Notes under the pieces: generated by a model
The model's database searches: none
What the model saw: the letters and a program-made list of their open reading frames with translations, nothing else
What the model was told of the DNA's origin: nothing
Position numbers and translations under genes: made by a program
Assembly: GCA_963708295.1 (NCBI GenBank)
Contig: CAVPSJ010000008.1
Span: 224,001-288,000 of the forward strand
Origin: an uncultured delta proteobacterium
Lineage (GTDB): Bacteria > Desulfobacterota > BSN033 > UBA1163
Direction of reading: 5' to 3'
DNA length: 64,000 bases
In this document: piece after piece, positions 1-10,080 of the stretch
Position numbering within the stretch: position 1 is the stretch's first letter
How the letters are laid out: the number at the start of each line of letters is the position of its first letter

Positions 1-280
1 GGCGGTTTTTGTTCCCACCGGTGCTCAATATAATGGATCCGGCAGTGCCGATTTTTATAGTTATTATGTGAATAACCATTTTTTCTGTTCCTTGTGGGAT
101 AAGTCGGGAATTGATCACTTTAATTGGACCTGTTGTCTGCAGATCTTCTTGCGGCTACAAGATTCTTTATTGGCGTCTTTAAAATAAGCCTAGGCAACGG
201 CGTAAGCATCCTGCAAATTTCAGGTTGGAGAAAACAGAAAAGTTAACTGAGAGATAGAGAAAAGGGAGGGATTGACATCC

Positions 281-415
281 CTATTTCTCATTTTTTTTGA
301 GATCCTGGAGTATTTTCGTGACGGAGGCCTGCAGAGTGGGTAAATCTTCATGGAGGGTCTTCCAGATCACCGCAAGATCCACGCCGAAATAATCATGGGT
401 CACCTTATTTCGTGT
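281..415 (-). pseudogene. HepT/DUF86 (HEPN) toxin, C-terminal fragment
   Basis: RNKVTHDYFGVDLAVIWKTL contains the HEPN R-x4-H motif and the DUF86-type C-terminus; the sequence upstream in the ORF does not resemble HepT. Confidence 0.7.
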
Positions 416-447
416 CAGGTACACACTATTCACAGGTGGCATCCTAA

Positions 448-487
448 AAGTTGGCCCGATCAGCAAAAAGAAGATGGGGAGATGAGG
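448..487. repeat. ~40-bp direct repeat, copy 1
   Basis: aagttggcccgatcagcaaaaagaagatggggagatgagg, nearly identical to 1393-1432. Confidence 0.8.
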
Positions 488-556
488 GGTAAAACCGCAT
501 GGAGCATAGCGCAGAGAAGTCAAGAGGTTTACTGGGTTGAATTCTGGATAATGGGT

Positions 557-811
557 TTATTTTGTATGGGCCTGAATACTCTTAACAATTAACATCCTGG
601 CATAGGTCGTAGGAGGTAGGCCTTCTTTATCAGCAAGCTCTCTTAACCTCCTTATGAACTTAGGCTCCAGACGTAATGAAATGACTTCTTTCTTGGGTCG
701 AACAAAAACCACATTTTTGGTTATCTTGAAGTCATCGTGATAATCCGTTGAATCATGGGTATCCCAAAATTCCCTTTCTTCTTTTAAACTTTTAAATTTT
801 GGCACTTTCAT
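557..811 (-). CDS. BrnA/CopG-like antitoxin
   Basis: 84 aa, EEREFWDTHDSTDY N-terminus and ribbon-helix-helix-like C-terminus (ISLRLEP); overlaps the BrnT stop codon. Confidence 0.8.
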   Translation of the reverse strand: MKVPKFKSLKEEREFWDTHDSTDYHDDFKITKNVVFVRPKKEVISLRLEPKFIRRLRELADKEGLPPTTYARMLIVKSIQAHTK

Positions 812-1083
812 TCTTTCCTCCTTCTATGAAATCGCTTTTCCTTTTCGGTCATGTCTCTGGCAGTAATGATTTTTGTTTTTTTATATTTTGAGGCCCACAC
901 GATGAATAATAGCCGCCCTCCATGAGTTTTTCCATAAGCAAGATATTTGCCTTCTTTTCCCCGCATCATAAGTGGTGTGTCTACATCATTAAACAATACC
1001 TCTTCAACCTCTTCCGGTGAAACCAGGTGATTAGAAATATGATCAACTGTTTCCTGATCCCATGAGATTTTTTCTATTTTCAA
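808..1083 (-). CDS. brnT: BrnT-family ribonuclease toxin
   Basis: 91 aa, WD...H.VSPEEVEEV...G.T..GR.L.IV...IITARDM; TTG start with GAGG RBS. Confidence 0.8.
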   Translation of the reverse strand: MKIEKISWDQETVDHISNHLVSPEEVEEVLFNDVDTPLMMRGKEGKYLAYGKTHGGRLLFIVWASKYKKTKIITARDMTEKEKRFHRRRKE

Positions 1084-1103
1084 GATATCCTCGATTTGTT
1101 AAT

Positions 1104-1143
1104 AATGTAATACATTTTTAATAAATAATCAAATGATTGTCAA
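1104..1143 (-). promoter_or_regulatory. Putative brnTA promoter with palindromic operator
   Basis: Minus-strand TTGACA at 1138-1143; palindrome AATGTA-A-TACATT at 1104-1116. Confidence 0.45.
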
Positions 1144-1392
1144 GCCGAAATAAAGACAAAGAGTTAGCCTTGAAACAAAATTTTGGGGTCACCCAAGCTG
1201 AAGAAGAACGGGGCGAGCGGAAGAAAAACGTAGTTGAAAAGTAACACTTTTCCCCCTCTGCTTCAAAGGATTCCGGGGTGTTGCAATATTACATTTACGA
1301 GCGGGTGTCATCTATAAGAAAGTCGGGAATAGTCAAGGGGGGCGTCCATAAAATTATAAGAATCTTAAAAGGGATTTAGGTCATCCATAAAT

Positions 1393-1432
1393 AAGTCGGC
1401 CCGATCAGCAAAAAGAAGACGGGGAGATCAGG
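1393..1432. repeat. ~40-bp direct repeat, copy 2
   Basis: aagtcggcccgatcagcaaaaagaagacggggagatcagg. Confidence 0.8.
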
Positions 1433-1505
1433 TGTTGGAGAGAGGGGGGCCAATTCTGGGTGGGTTCAACAACAGTTCATAGCCATCAGGAGGGAAGTAA
1501 AATAT

Positions 1506-1730
1506 TTATTTTTTCTTACGTAGGGGTTTGGCGAGATAATATCGAGGCCGACAAATCTTCACGCCATTTATGGTCTGTCCAAAATATTTTCCAAAATGGG
1601 TCGAGTCGCCTGTGATCAGATAATCGGCTTTAATTGAGATAGCAGCCATGAGCACTGGTCGATCTTTCTCTGGCAAATCAATAGGGCAGGGGAGGGTAGG
1701 ATCGACTTCGAAGACGACCTTTGGCGACGT
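1506..1730 (-). pseudogene. PIN-domain toxin, C-terminal fragment
   Basis: LPEKDRPVLMAAISIKADYLITGDSTHF is a PIN C-terminal motif; the N-terminal part is missing and a REP-like element lies upstream. Confidence 0.65.
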
Positions 1731-1772
1731 ACTTACTAAGGAGTCCATAATAAAGAAGACATATGCTTCAGA

Positions 1773-1844
1773 AAATCTCCCCTCGCCCCTCTTTGCCAAA
1801 GAGGGGTAATTCCTCCCTTTTGTAAAGGGAGGGAAGGAGGGATT
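1773..1844. repeat. REP-like GC-rich double hairpin
   Basis: aatctcccctcgcccctctttgccaaagagggg...ctcccttttgtaaagggagggaaggagggatt. Confidence 0.7.
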
Positions 1845-1927
1845 TAGTCTCCAATGTCCATATAATTATGGACTGATTAATAACTCCTTTATCCAGGTGG
1901 CTGGATCCATAAGAGGCTTTGGTGTCG

Positions 1928-2005
1928 TCAAAAAAACTGTCTGGCTTTGGCTGTTGCTTCCAGGATGTTCTCAAGGGAGTCGGTATATTCATGGTTGGAA
2001 TTCAT
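1928..2005 (-). pseudogene. HepT/DUF86 toxin, N-terminal fragment
   Basis: ATG overlaps the MNT stop (ATGA) and reads MNSNHEYTDSLENILEATAKARQFF*, resembling a DUF86 N-terminus; not in the ORF track. Confidence 0.55.
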
Positions 2006-2337
2006 ACCGGCTGGGCCTCTTCCGGGATATGACGGCCCATAGCCGGCTTCCAAGCACTCTTCATAACAAGGTCAACCTTGATATTTAAGAGTCCGCTGAG
2101 GTAGCGCTCAAGCCGAACGAACTCAAAAAGGGAAGGCACACGGTGAAACTCCACAAGAACATCCAAGTCGCTATGTTTCCGCTGCTCGCTCCGTAAGTAA
2201 GATCCGAATAGCCAAATCTCACTCACTCCATGATGTTCACGCAATTCAGGCAGGTGTTCCTGTAAGGTTTGGAAGACCTTCTTACGTTGAATTGGTGGGC
2301 GCCGCTCATTGTTTCTTAAAGTTCCATTCTGTTTCAT
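2002..2337 (-). CDS. Minimal nucleotidyltransferase (MntA-like antitoxin)
   Basis: LFGSYLRSEQRKHSDLDVLVEF...KVDLV, the GS-x10-DxD motif. Confidence 0.85.
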   Translation of the reverse strand: MKQNGTLRNNERRPPIQRKKVFQTLQEHLPELREHHGVSEIWLFGSYLRSEQRKHSDLDVLVEFHRVPSLFEFVRLERYLSGLLNIKVDLVMKSAWKPAMGRHIPEEAQPV

Positions 2338-2436
2338 AGCTACTTTCTCTCTGTAACTTTAGTAAAGTCAAACTAATTTTATTCCTGTTTTATTATTTGA
2401 GCAACCAAATTTAAATAGCTTGCGGTCTGTAAGTCC

Positions 2437-2465
2437 TTGACCAATCTGCTGTATTTAGTTAATAT
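2437..2465 (+). promoter_or_regulatory. Putative sigma70 promoter of aspS
   Basis: TTGACC-N17-TAATAT. Confidence 0.45.
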
Positions 2466-2558
2466 TAATTTTTATATTATAAACTGTGTTGGTGAACCGC
2501 GATCGAACCCCTTTCGCCTATCACCGCCACCCATGACCTATATCTATTACGAATTCCA

Positions 2559-4365
2559 ATGAGCGAGTCACGAACGATGATCGATTTTCTGGGAGACTTA
2601 AAGAGAACAGGTTATTGCGGGGATCTCACTAAGAGGGATGTAAACAAAGAGGTTGTTCTGCTGGGATGGGTTCAGCGAAGAAGAGATCTCGGGGGGCTCA
2701 TCTTCATTGAACTGAGGGATCGGCAGGGAATGGCCCAGGTGGTCTTCAACCCGGGGATCAATCCTGAGGCCCATGAGAAGGCACAATCCGTCAGAAGCGA
2801 ATATGTCCTGGCCGTTGAAGGGACCGTGGTCATGAGGCCGGAAGGCACGGCCAATCCAAAAATAAGCACAGGAGAAATTGAAGTCATTGCAAAGGAACTG
2901 AAGATCCTGAATGTCTCCAAAACCCCTCCCTTCCAGATCGATGATGAGGAAGAGGTGGCGGAGAATACTCGCCTGAAGTATAGATATCTGGATTTGAGAA
3001 GACCGGGGCTCCAGAAGAATCTGATCCTGCGTCACAAGGTTGCCAAGGAAGTTCGCAATTACTTTGATCGCTTGGGGTTCTTGGAAGTTGAAACCCCGAT
3101 GCTTACCAAGAGCACCCCCGAGGGAGCGAGAGACTTTCTGGTTCCCAGCCGGCTTACCCCGGGCCATTTTTACGCGCTGCCCCAGTCTCCCCAGCTTTTT
3201 AAGCAAATCCTGATGGTCTCAGGGTTTGACCGGTACTTTCAGATCGTACGGTGTTTCCGGGATGAAGACCTTCGCTCGGATCGCCAGCCCGAGTTCACCC
3301 AGATCGATGTGGAGATGTCGTTTGTCACGGTGCAGGATATCCGGAATACGATGGAAGGGCTGATGGCCCATATTTTTAAAGAGGTTTTGGACATCACCCT
3401 GGAACTTCCCTTTCCGGTCTTGAGTTATGATGAGGCGATGGGTCGTTATGGGGCCGACAAGCCTGATACCCGATTCGGAATGGAATTGAGAGAGGTGACG
3501 GAGCCGTTGAAAAATTCCTCCTTCCAGGTATTCAGGGATACGGCAGGCGCAAAGGGTATCATCAAGGCGATCAACGTGAAAGGAGGAAGTACTTTTTCAC
3601 GGAAGGAGATTGAGGACCTCACCCATTATGTCCAGAACTTCGGGGCAAAGGGTTTGATCTCGGCAAAAGTAGGCCCGGACGGATGGCAATCTTCGATTCA
3701 GAAGTTTATCACGGAGGGAGAGAAGAAAGGCGGTGGACGATGTCCTGGAGGCCCGGGAGGACGATCTTCTTCTTTTCGTGGCCGGACCGTCGAAAATGGT
3801 CAATCAATCCCTGGCCAACCTTCGCCTTCATCTCGGCGAGAAGATGGGACTCATTCCCAAAGATCAATACCGGTTTGTCTGGATCCTTGACTTTCCACTT
3901 CTGGAGTATGACGAAAATGAGAAGCGTTATGTGGCGGTTCATCATCCTTTTACCGCTCCCAAGGATGAGGATATCCCGAAGCTGAAGGATCATCCGGAAT
4001 GGGTCAAGGCCAAGGCTTATGACCTGGTGTTGAACGGTTCGGAAATCGGGGGAGGGAGTATTCGAAATCATCTGAGGGAGGTGCAGTCGCTCCTCTTTGA
4101 AAAATTGGGGATGGGAGAAGAAGAGGCCAGAGAAAGGTTCGGATTCTTGTTGGAAGCGCTCGAATACGGGACTCCTCCTCACGGCGGGATTGCCTTCGGG
4201 TTGGATCGGCTCGCCATGATTCTCAGCCATTCGGAGTCGATACGGGATGTCATTGCCTTTCCGAAAACCCAGAAAGGCACCTGTTTGATGACCGATGCGC
4301 CTTCGAGGGTGGACTCCAAACAGCTGGATGAGCTCTGGATTAAAGTGAAAGAGGTTAAGGCATAA
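2559..4365 (+). CDS. aspS: Aspartyl-tRNA synthetase (one frameshift near 3730, probably a sequencing error)
   Basis: [58 protein letters not shown] spread over ORFs 2559-3890 and 3733-4365. Confidence 0.95.
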
Positions 4366-4381
4366 GAACAAAAAGTTAAGA

Positions 4382-4416
4382 CCCCTCATCCCGTCCCTCT
4401 CCCAGGGGGAGAGGGG
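4382..4416. repeat. REP-like palindrome
   Basis: cccctcatcccgtccctctcccagggggagagggg. Confidence 0.65.
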
Positions 4417-4431
4417 AAGCAAGGAGAAAAT

Positions 4432-6246
4432 ATGAGCATTGGACGCAGGAAGAGACCGTTCCAGAGCAAACACGCCGTAGAGCTTTATCCCCTATTGGAC
4501 ACCCAGGAACCAAACCTCTATCGAAATGTCTTTCCCTACGAAGAGGTTTGCCGGGTCACATTTGACAATAAGTTTGTCTATTCCGATCCGGCGGAAGAGA
4601 TCTTCATCACCGATACGACTTTCCGGGATGGGCAACAGGCCAGGCCTCCATACACCGTCGAGCAGATTATTGACCTCTATGACATGCTTCATAAGCTGGG
4701 GGGCACCAACGGAGTGATCCGGCAATGTGAATTCTTCTTGTATTCCGACAGGGACAAAGAGGCGGTGAGGAAGTGTCAGGAGAGGAATCACCGCTACCCG
4801 GAGATTACAGGTTGGATCCGGGCGGTGAAGGAAGATTTCAAGCTGGTGAAAGAAATGGGGTTGAAGGAAACGGGCATTCTCACCTCCGTGTCGGACTACC
4901 ATATCTTTTTAAAACTGAAGAAAAATCGAAGGGCGGTCATGAGGGAGTATCTCTCGATTGTTTCTGCGGCACTGGACCTCGGAATCATTCCCCGGTGCCA
5001 TTTTGAGGATGTGACCCGCGCGGATATTTACGGGTTCTGCGTTCCTTTCGCTCAGGATATCATGCGTCTTTCTGAAGAGGCCAAACTTCCCATCAAGATT
5101 CGGCTTTGCGATACCATGGGTTATGGAGTGCCCTATCCCAGCGCCGCGCTTCCCCGTTGCGTTCCCAAGATCGTCCGGGCGATGATTGACGATGCGGGCG
5201 TTCCTTCCGAATACCTGGAATGGCATGGCCACAATGATTTTCATAAAGCATTCATCAACGCCACGACGTCCTGGCTTTATGGATGTGCTGCCGCCAACGG
5301 GACACTCCTCGGTTTTGGAGAACGAACCGGGAACCCGCCCATCGAGGGCCTGGTCATCGAATATATCAGTTTGATGGGACAGAACAACGGTGTCGATACG
5401 ACGATGATCACAGAAATCCGGAACTACCTGGAGCGGGCGGTCGGTGTTCCTATCCCTCCGAATATGCCCCTGGTGGGAGCCAATTTTAATTCGACGAGCG
5501 CCGGGATTCATGCGGACGGGATCCTGAAAAACGAAGAGATTTACAATATTTTCAATACGGCCAAGATCCTCAACCGCCCCATCTCCATTTCGGTCAACGA
5601 TAAGTCCGGACTGGCAGGGATTGCCCAGTGGATCAACTCCCATTTTGTTTTGACCGGAAAGGATCGGGTCGAAAAGACCCATCCTGGAGTGGCCAAGATC
5701 AATCGGTGGGTCACCAAACAATACGAGGAAGGCAGGACGACGTCCATCTCGGACCTGGAAATGGAGAAGGTGACCCGGAAGTATCTTCCTGAGGCTTTCG
5801 TTTCTGAGTTTGACATCCTCAAGGCAAGGGCCCATGAGATGGCCGCGCATATTATTGAGCGGGTGATTGAAGAATCCGGGATGAAAGCCATGACGGCTGA
5901 GCAGATGGAGCCGATTCTACAGTCGCTGGTGGACGAATATCCTTACATTCAGTTCGCCTACGTTGTGAATATGCAAGGGACAAAGGTCACCCGAAACATC
6001 TGCCAGGCGGTGGACCAGGCCAAATATGAGCATGTGGGAATGGGAGAAAATTATTCGAACCGCTCCTGGTTCATCGAACCCCTGAAAGACGGCAAAGTTC
6101 ATGTCACGGACCTCTACTCTTCAAAAATCACAGGGGCTCTCTGTATCACGGTCTCGGGACCCATCCGGAATGAGGTGGGGGAGATCAAAGGGATCCTGGG
6201 TTTAGATATCCGATTTGAAGACCTGACCAAAAGCGAGCAAGGCTAG
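4432..6246 (+). CDS. DRE-TIM metallolyase, Re-citrate-synthase-like, with C-terminal Cache/PDC-like domain
   Basis: ITDTTFRDGQQ, RCHFEDVTRADIYGF, EWHGHND, GFGERTGN; C-terminal NYSNRSWF...LYSSKITGALCITVSGPI...GILGLDI is a Cache signature. Confidence 0.75.
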   Translation: MSIGRRKRPFQSKHAVELYPLLDTQEPNLYRNVFPYEEVCRVTFDNKFVYSDPAEEIFITDTTFRDGQQARPPYTVEQIIDLYDMLHKLGGTNGVIRQCEFFLYSDRDKEAVRKCQERNHRYPEITGWIRAVKEDFKLVKEMGLKETGILTSVSDYHIFLKLKKNRRAVMREYLSIVSAALDLGIIPRCHFEDVTRADIYGFCVPFAQDIMRLSEEAKLPIKIRLCDTMGYGVPYPSAALPRCVPKIVRAMIDDAGVPSEYLEWHGHNDFHKAFINATTSWLYGCAAANGTLLGFGERTGNPPIEGLVIEYISLMGQNNGVDTTMITEIRNYLERAVGVPIPPNMPLVGANFNSTSAGIHADGILKNEEIYNIFNTAKILNRPISISVNDKSGLAGIAQWINSHFVLTGKDRVEKTHPGVAKINRWVTKQYEEGRTTSISDLEMEKVTRKYLPEAFVSEFDILKARAHEMAAHIIERVIEESGMKAMTAEQMEPILQSLVDEYPYIQFAYVVNMQGTKVTRNICQAVDQAKYEHVGMGENYSNRSWFIEPLKDGKVHVTDLYSSKITGALCITVSGPIRNEVGEIKGILGLDIRFEDLTKSEQG

Positions 6247-6379
6247 TTTGACCGGAACGTGCCCCATCCCGACGTGTCGGGATAGGCCGGGTCAAGTCGA
6301 TTAGACCCGACCACGGGGGGCACAATATGAACGAAACTCCCTTCCCGGGAAGCCCCGCCCTTTGGGCGGGGAGCTTCAT
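6247..6379. mobile_element. Non-autonomous palindromic element resembling an IS200/IS605 end
   Basis: gaagccccgccctttgggcggggagcttcat hairpin plus the cccgacgtgtcggg palindrome; no transposase nearby. Confidence 0.5.
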
Positions 6380-6399
6380 AGAAAGGAACAGAGAAGGAG

Positions 6400-8034
6400 A
6401 TGGTGTTAACCGAGACGCTCGCCAAAGCGGTTAAACTTTTTCCCCGGAAACGGGCCATTGTGTGCGGGGGCAGGCATTGGACCTATCAAGAATTCAGCAG
6501 TCGAGTGTATCAGCTCTCCCGTTGCCTCAAGAGGATGGGGCTTAAGAAGGATGACAAGGTTGCCATCCTCCATCCCAACTGTCACACTTTCCTGGAAGCC
6601 TATTATGCGATCCCCCAGATCGGAGCCGTCTCCGTTCCCATCAACACCAGACTCTCCCCCGGAGAGATCGCCTTTATCCTCAAGGATTCAGAATCAAAGT
6701 TATTGATTGCCGATTCGATGTTTAGGAGTCCATTGGATCCGATCCGAAAAGAGATCCGAGGGATAAGGAAAATTCTCTGGACCGGCGAAGGGGAGGGCAG
6801 CCCCTCTCCGCCGGACCCGCATCCAAAGGCGTCGGCCCGCGGGAGGACCCGCGGCAATCGTTCGATTGATTTGAATTATGAGGAGGCGTTGCAACAGGAA
6901 GATTCCGGTCCCCTTCCAGATCCCTCCATCGACGGTGAAGATATCGCGCAGATTTATTATACGAGCGGCACGACGGGCCGTCCCAAGGGGGTGATGCTAT
7001 CTCATAAGAATGTGACGACCCATGCCCTTGGGACCATTGCGGAAGTTCATCTCACGGATAGCGATGTCTGGGTTCACGTGGCGCCGCTTTTCCATCTGGC
7101 CGATGCCTGGGCTACCTGGGCCATGACCTGGGTGGGAGGAACCCATGTTTTGGTCAGGGAGTTCGATCCGAAGGCGGTTTTGGAAACCATCCAGAGAGAG
7201 AAAGTCACACTCACCAATCTCATCCCCACCATGCTCAATCTGATGGTCAATCATCCGGATGTAGGAAAATATGATTATAGCAGTCTGAGGGTCCTTTTGA
7301 GCGGAGGAGCGCCCATTGCCCCGGAAGTGGTCCGAAAGATCGTTGAAACCTTCAAATGTGACTATATCCAGACCTACGGCATGACCGAGACCAGTCCCTA
7401 TTTGACCCTCTCCATTTTGAAAGAACACTTAAGACAATTCCCCGATGAGGATCAGCTTCGATTTAAGTCCAAGACGGGAAGGGAATTCATCGGCGTCGAG
7501 TTGAAGGTGGTTAATGAACAGGGAGAGGAAATCAAGAAGGATGAAAAAGAGGTTGGAGAGATCATCGTCAAAGGGGATATTGTCACAAAAGGATATTGGA
7601 AGTTGCCGGAGGAGACGAAGAAGTCGATCAAGGATGGCTGGCTCTATACCGGCGATATGGCGGTGATCGATGAAGAGGGGTATGTCACGATTGTCGATCG
7701 TAAGAAGGACATGATCCTGACGGGTGGAGAAAATGTCTATTCCACCGAGGTTGAAAATGTTCTTTATATGCACCCTGCCATTTTAGAATGCGCGGTTGTC
7801 GGAGTTCCGGATCAAAAATGGGGCGAGGCTGTAAAAGCCATCGTGGTATTGAAACCGGGGCAGAGGGCCACTGAACAAGAGATCATTCAATTCTGCAAGG
7901 AAAGGATAGCTCATTATAAGGCCCCCAAATCGATCGATTTCATCGATGCCCTTCCCAGAACGGGTTCCGGAAAGATTCACAAGAAGAACTTGAGGGATAA
8001 ATACTGGGAGGGCTTTGAGAAAAAAGTTCACTAA
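6400..8034 (+). CDS. Long-chain acyl-CoA synthetase (AMP-binding)
   Basis: YYTSGTTGRPKG, YGMTE, GWLYTGD, DRKKDMILTGGENV, PRTGSGK. Confidence 0.9.
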   Translation: MVLTETLAKAVKLFPRKRAIVCGGRHWTYQEFSSRVYQLSRCLKRMGLKKDDKVAILHPNCHTFLEAYYAIPQIGAVSVPINTRLSPGEIAFILKDSESKLLIADSMFRSPLDPIRKEIRGIRKILWTGEGEGSPSPPDPHPKASARGRTRGNRSIDLNYEEALQQEDSGPLPDPSIDGEDIAQIYYTSGTTGRPKGVMLSHKNVTTHALGTIAEVHLTDSDVWVHVAPLFHLADAWATWAMTWVGGTHVLVREFDPKAVLETIQREKVTLTNLIPTMLNLMVNHPDVGKYDYSSLRVLLSGGAPIAPEVVRKIVETFKCDYIQTYGMTETSPYLTLSILKEHLRQFPDEDQLRFKSKTGREFIGVELKVVNEQGEEIKKDEKEVGEIIVKGDIVTKGYWKLPEETKKSIKDGWLYTGDMAVIDEEGYVTIVDRKKDMILTGGENVYSTEVENVLYMHPAILECAVVGVPDQKWGEAVKAIVVLKPGQRATEQEIIQFCKERIAHYKAPKSIDFIDALPRTGSGKIHKKNLRDKYWEGFEKKVH

Positions 8035-8373
8035 ACCTTTTTGGACACTAAACCAAATCTTCCGGACGGGAAGGAAAGTCCAGACGATTCATTGATTCCT
8101 TATGCCCTGCCAGAAGTCGAATGAATCCTTGCCCAACCCAATTTTTACTTGCCGCGATCAGGGTAAATCTCCTCCTAGGCTTCATAAGGTCCGCGTTGAG
8201 GGTATCCCGGATCAAGGCCCCTCATGACATCGAAACCCAGTCTTCCCCGTTCAAACTCGGGCAGCCAAACCTGAAGCGGTTGGCCGATGAAACCTCCTCA
8301 GGGACCCACCCAATCGCGCCGATAACTATTCTGTTCATAAAAGAAAAATGGGGATAGGCAAGAATTAATCTCC

Positions 8374-8426
8374 TTGACAAAAGCCTTAAATTCTTTTAAT
8401 TTAAATTTCCGTGTTAACGTTAACGC
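8374..8426 (+). promoter_or_regulatory. Sigma70 promoter plus LacI-type operator upstream of the carboxyltransferase
   Basis: TTGACA 8374-8379, TAATTT 8397-8402, palindrome GTGTTAACGTTAACGC 8411-8426. Confidence 0.7.
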
Positions 8427-8586
8427 ATATTCTAGCCAAATTAATAAACTTCATTTAATATAATATTTAGACCGCTTATCAAGAACTTAAAACCATTAAG
8501 AAGCCGATTATATTTTAGAGGCAAAATCTTAATGATGCGATTTGATACCTAAAAATAAACCAACTATTGAAAGGAGGAGAAGCGAA

Positions 8587-10080
8587 ATGGAAGGAATGGA
8601 TAAGATTAAGAAGAAGCCGATTAAGATCACGGATACGACCCTCCGGGATGGGCATCAGTCGACGTTAGCCACGAGGATGAGAACAGAGGATATGATCCCC
8701 ATTGCCGAGGAACTGGATAATGTTGGATTTTATTCTGTTGAGGTGTGGGGAGGAGCGACATTTGATGTGGCTCATCGGTTTTTGGGAGAAGATCCCTGGG
8801 AACGGGTAAAAGTGCTGAAGAAGCTGATGCCCAAGACCCCATTTCAGATGCTGCTTCGGGGGCAGAACCTGGTGGCCTATCGAAACCATCCGGATGATCT
8901 GGTCGAGGCCTTCGTGGAGAAGTCGGCCGAGGTTGGGATTGATATCTTTCGCTGCTTTGATGCCGTCAATGATGAGCGTAACTTTGAGACCGCCTTTAAG
9001 GTGATCAAAAAAATGGGAAAACATATCCAGGGGACGGTTTGCTACTCCTTAACTGAGCGGAGGATGGGGGGGCCGGTCTATAATCTCAACTACTATATCG
9101 AAAAGGCGAAGATTCTGGAGGGGATGGGCGCGGATTCCTTTTGTATTAAGGATATGGCCGGGCTGTTGGCCCCTTATGATATTTACGAACTCGTAAAGGC
9201 TTTGAAGAAGATCATAAAGATTCCGATTCAGCTCCATACCCATTACACGAGCGGAATGGGATCGATGACCTATCTTAAGGCAGTTGAAGCAGGGGTAGAT
9301 ATTCTTGATACTTCCCTGGCGCCCTTTGCCCTTCGGTCTTCACAACCCGCATTGGAGCCAATCCTCGTCGCATTGGAGGGCACGCCCTGGGATCCGAAGC
9401 TTGATCTGGACAAGCTTTTGAAACTCGGGGATTACATCGAAAGCATCGCACCCAAATATCGTGACTTCCTGGATACGACCAAGATGGCAGTGATTGATAC
9501 GGGTGTGCTCAAGCATCAGATCCCCGGGGGAATGATCTCGAACATGGTCAGTCAACTCAAGCAGCAGAAGGCTTTGAATCGCATTGAGGAGGTTTATGTC
9601 GAGCTTCCACAGACGAGAAAGGATTTGGGCTATCCTCCCTTGGTGACGCCTACCTCTCAGATCGTGGGCGTACAGGCGGTTTTGAATGTTCTTTTTGGCA
9701 GGTATAAAATGGTATCGAAAGAGACTCAGGACTACGTCTACGGTCTTTACGGGAGATCGCCGGTAGAGATTCCAGACGAGATCAGAAAGCTGGTATTGAA
9801 AGGTTATAAAAAGGGCAAGGAACCCATCACGTGTCGTCCTGCGGATTTGATAGAGCCGGAAATGGAGAAAGTGAAGAAAGAGACGGAGGGGTTGGCGAGA
9901 GATGTTTGCGATACGCTGGTCTATGCCCTCTTTCCTCAGACGGGAAAAGATTTTTTAAAGTGGAAGTATGGTCTGGAGCCTGTGCCGGATAAAGTGAAAC
10001 CCAAAACTCTGGAAGACGTGAAGAAAGAGGATGAGGCCGTTGCTAAAGCCAAGGCCGAAGCCAAGAGAAAAACAGCCTAA
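8587..10080 (+). CDS. Pyruvate/oxaloacetate carboxyltransferase (PycB/OadA/transcarboxylase 5S family), no biotinyl domain
   Basis: TDTTLRDGHQS, WGGATFD, QMLLRGQNL, IKDMAGLL, HTH, HQIPGGM, PPLVTPTSQIVG; no EAMKM motif; AGGAGG RBS before ATG 8587. Confidence 0.88.
   Translation: MEGMDKIKKKPIKITDTTLRDGHQSTLATRMRTEDMIPIAEELDNVGFYSVEVWGGATFDVAHRFLGEDPWERVKVLKKLMPKTPFQMLLRGQNLVAYRNHPDDLVEAFVEKSAEVGIDIFRCFDAVNDERNFETAFKVIKKMGKHIQGTVCYSLTERRMGGPVYNLNYYIEKAKILEGMGADSFCIKDMAGLLAPYDIYELVKALKKIIKIPIQLHTHYTSGMGSMTYLKAVEAGVDILDTSLAPFALRSSQPALEPILVALEGTPWDPKLDLDKLLKLGDYIESIAPKYRDFLDTTKMAVIDTGVLKHQIPGGMISNMVSQLKQQKALNRIEEVYVELPQTRKDLGYPPLVTPTSQIVGVQAVLNVLFGRYKMVSKETQDYVYGLYGRSPVEIPDEIRKLVLKGYKKGKEPITCRPADLIEPEMEKVKKETEGLARDVCDTLVYALFPQTGKDFLKWKYGLEPVPDKVKPKTLEDVKKEDEAVAKAKAEAKRKTA

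Noticed and set aside
1-2337. Integron cassette array of TA genes
   Set aside because: I could not find convincing attC sites (RYYYAAC...GTTRRRY with L boxes) or an integrase.
8060-8357. Short ORFs between the acyl-CoA synthetase and the carboxyltransferase
   Set aside because: No recognisable motif or clear RBS; the minus-strand candidate stops after 38 codons.
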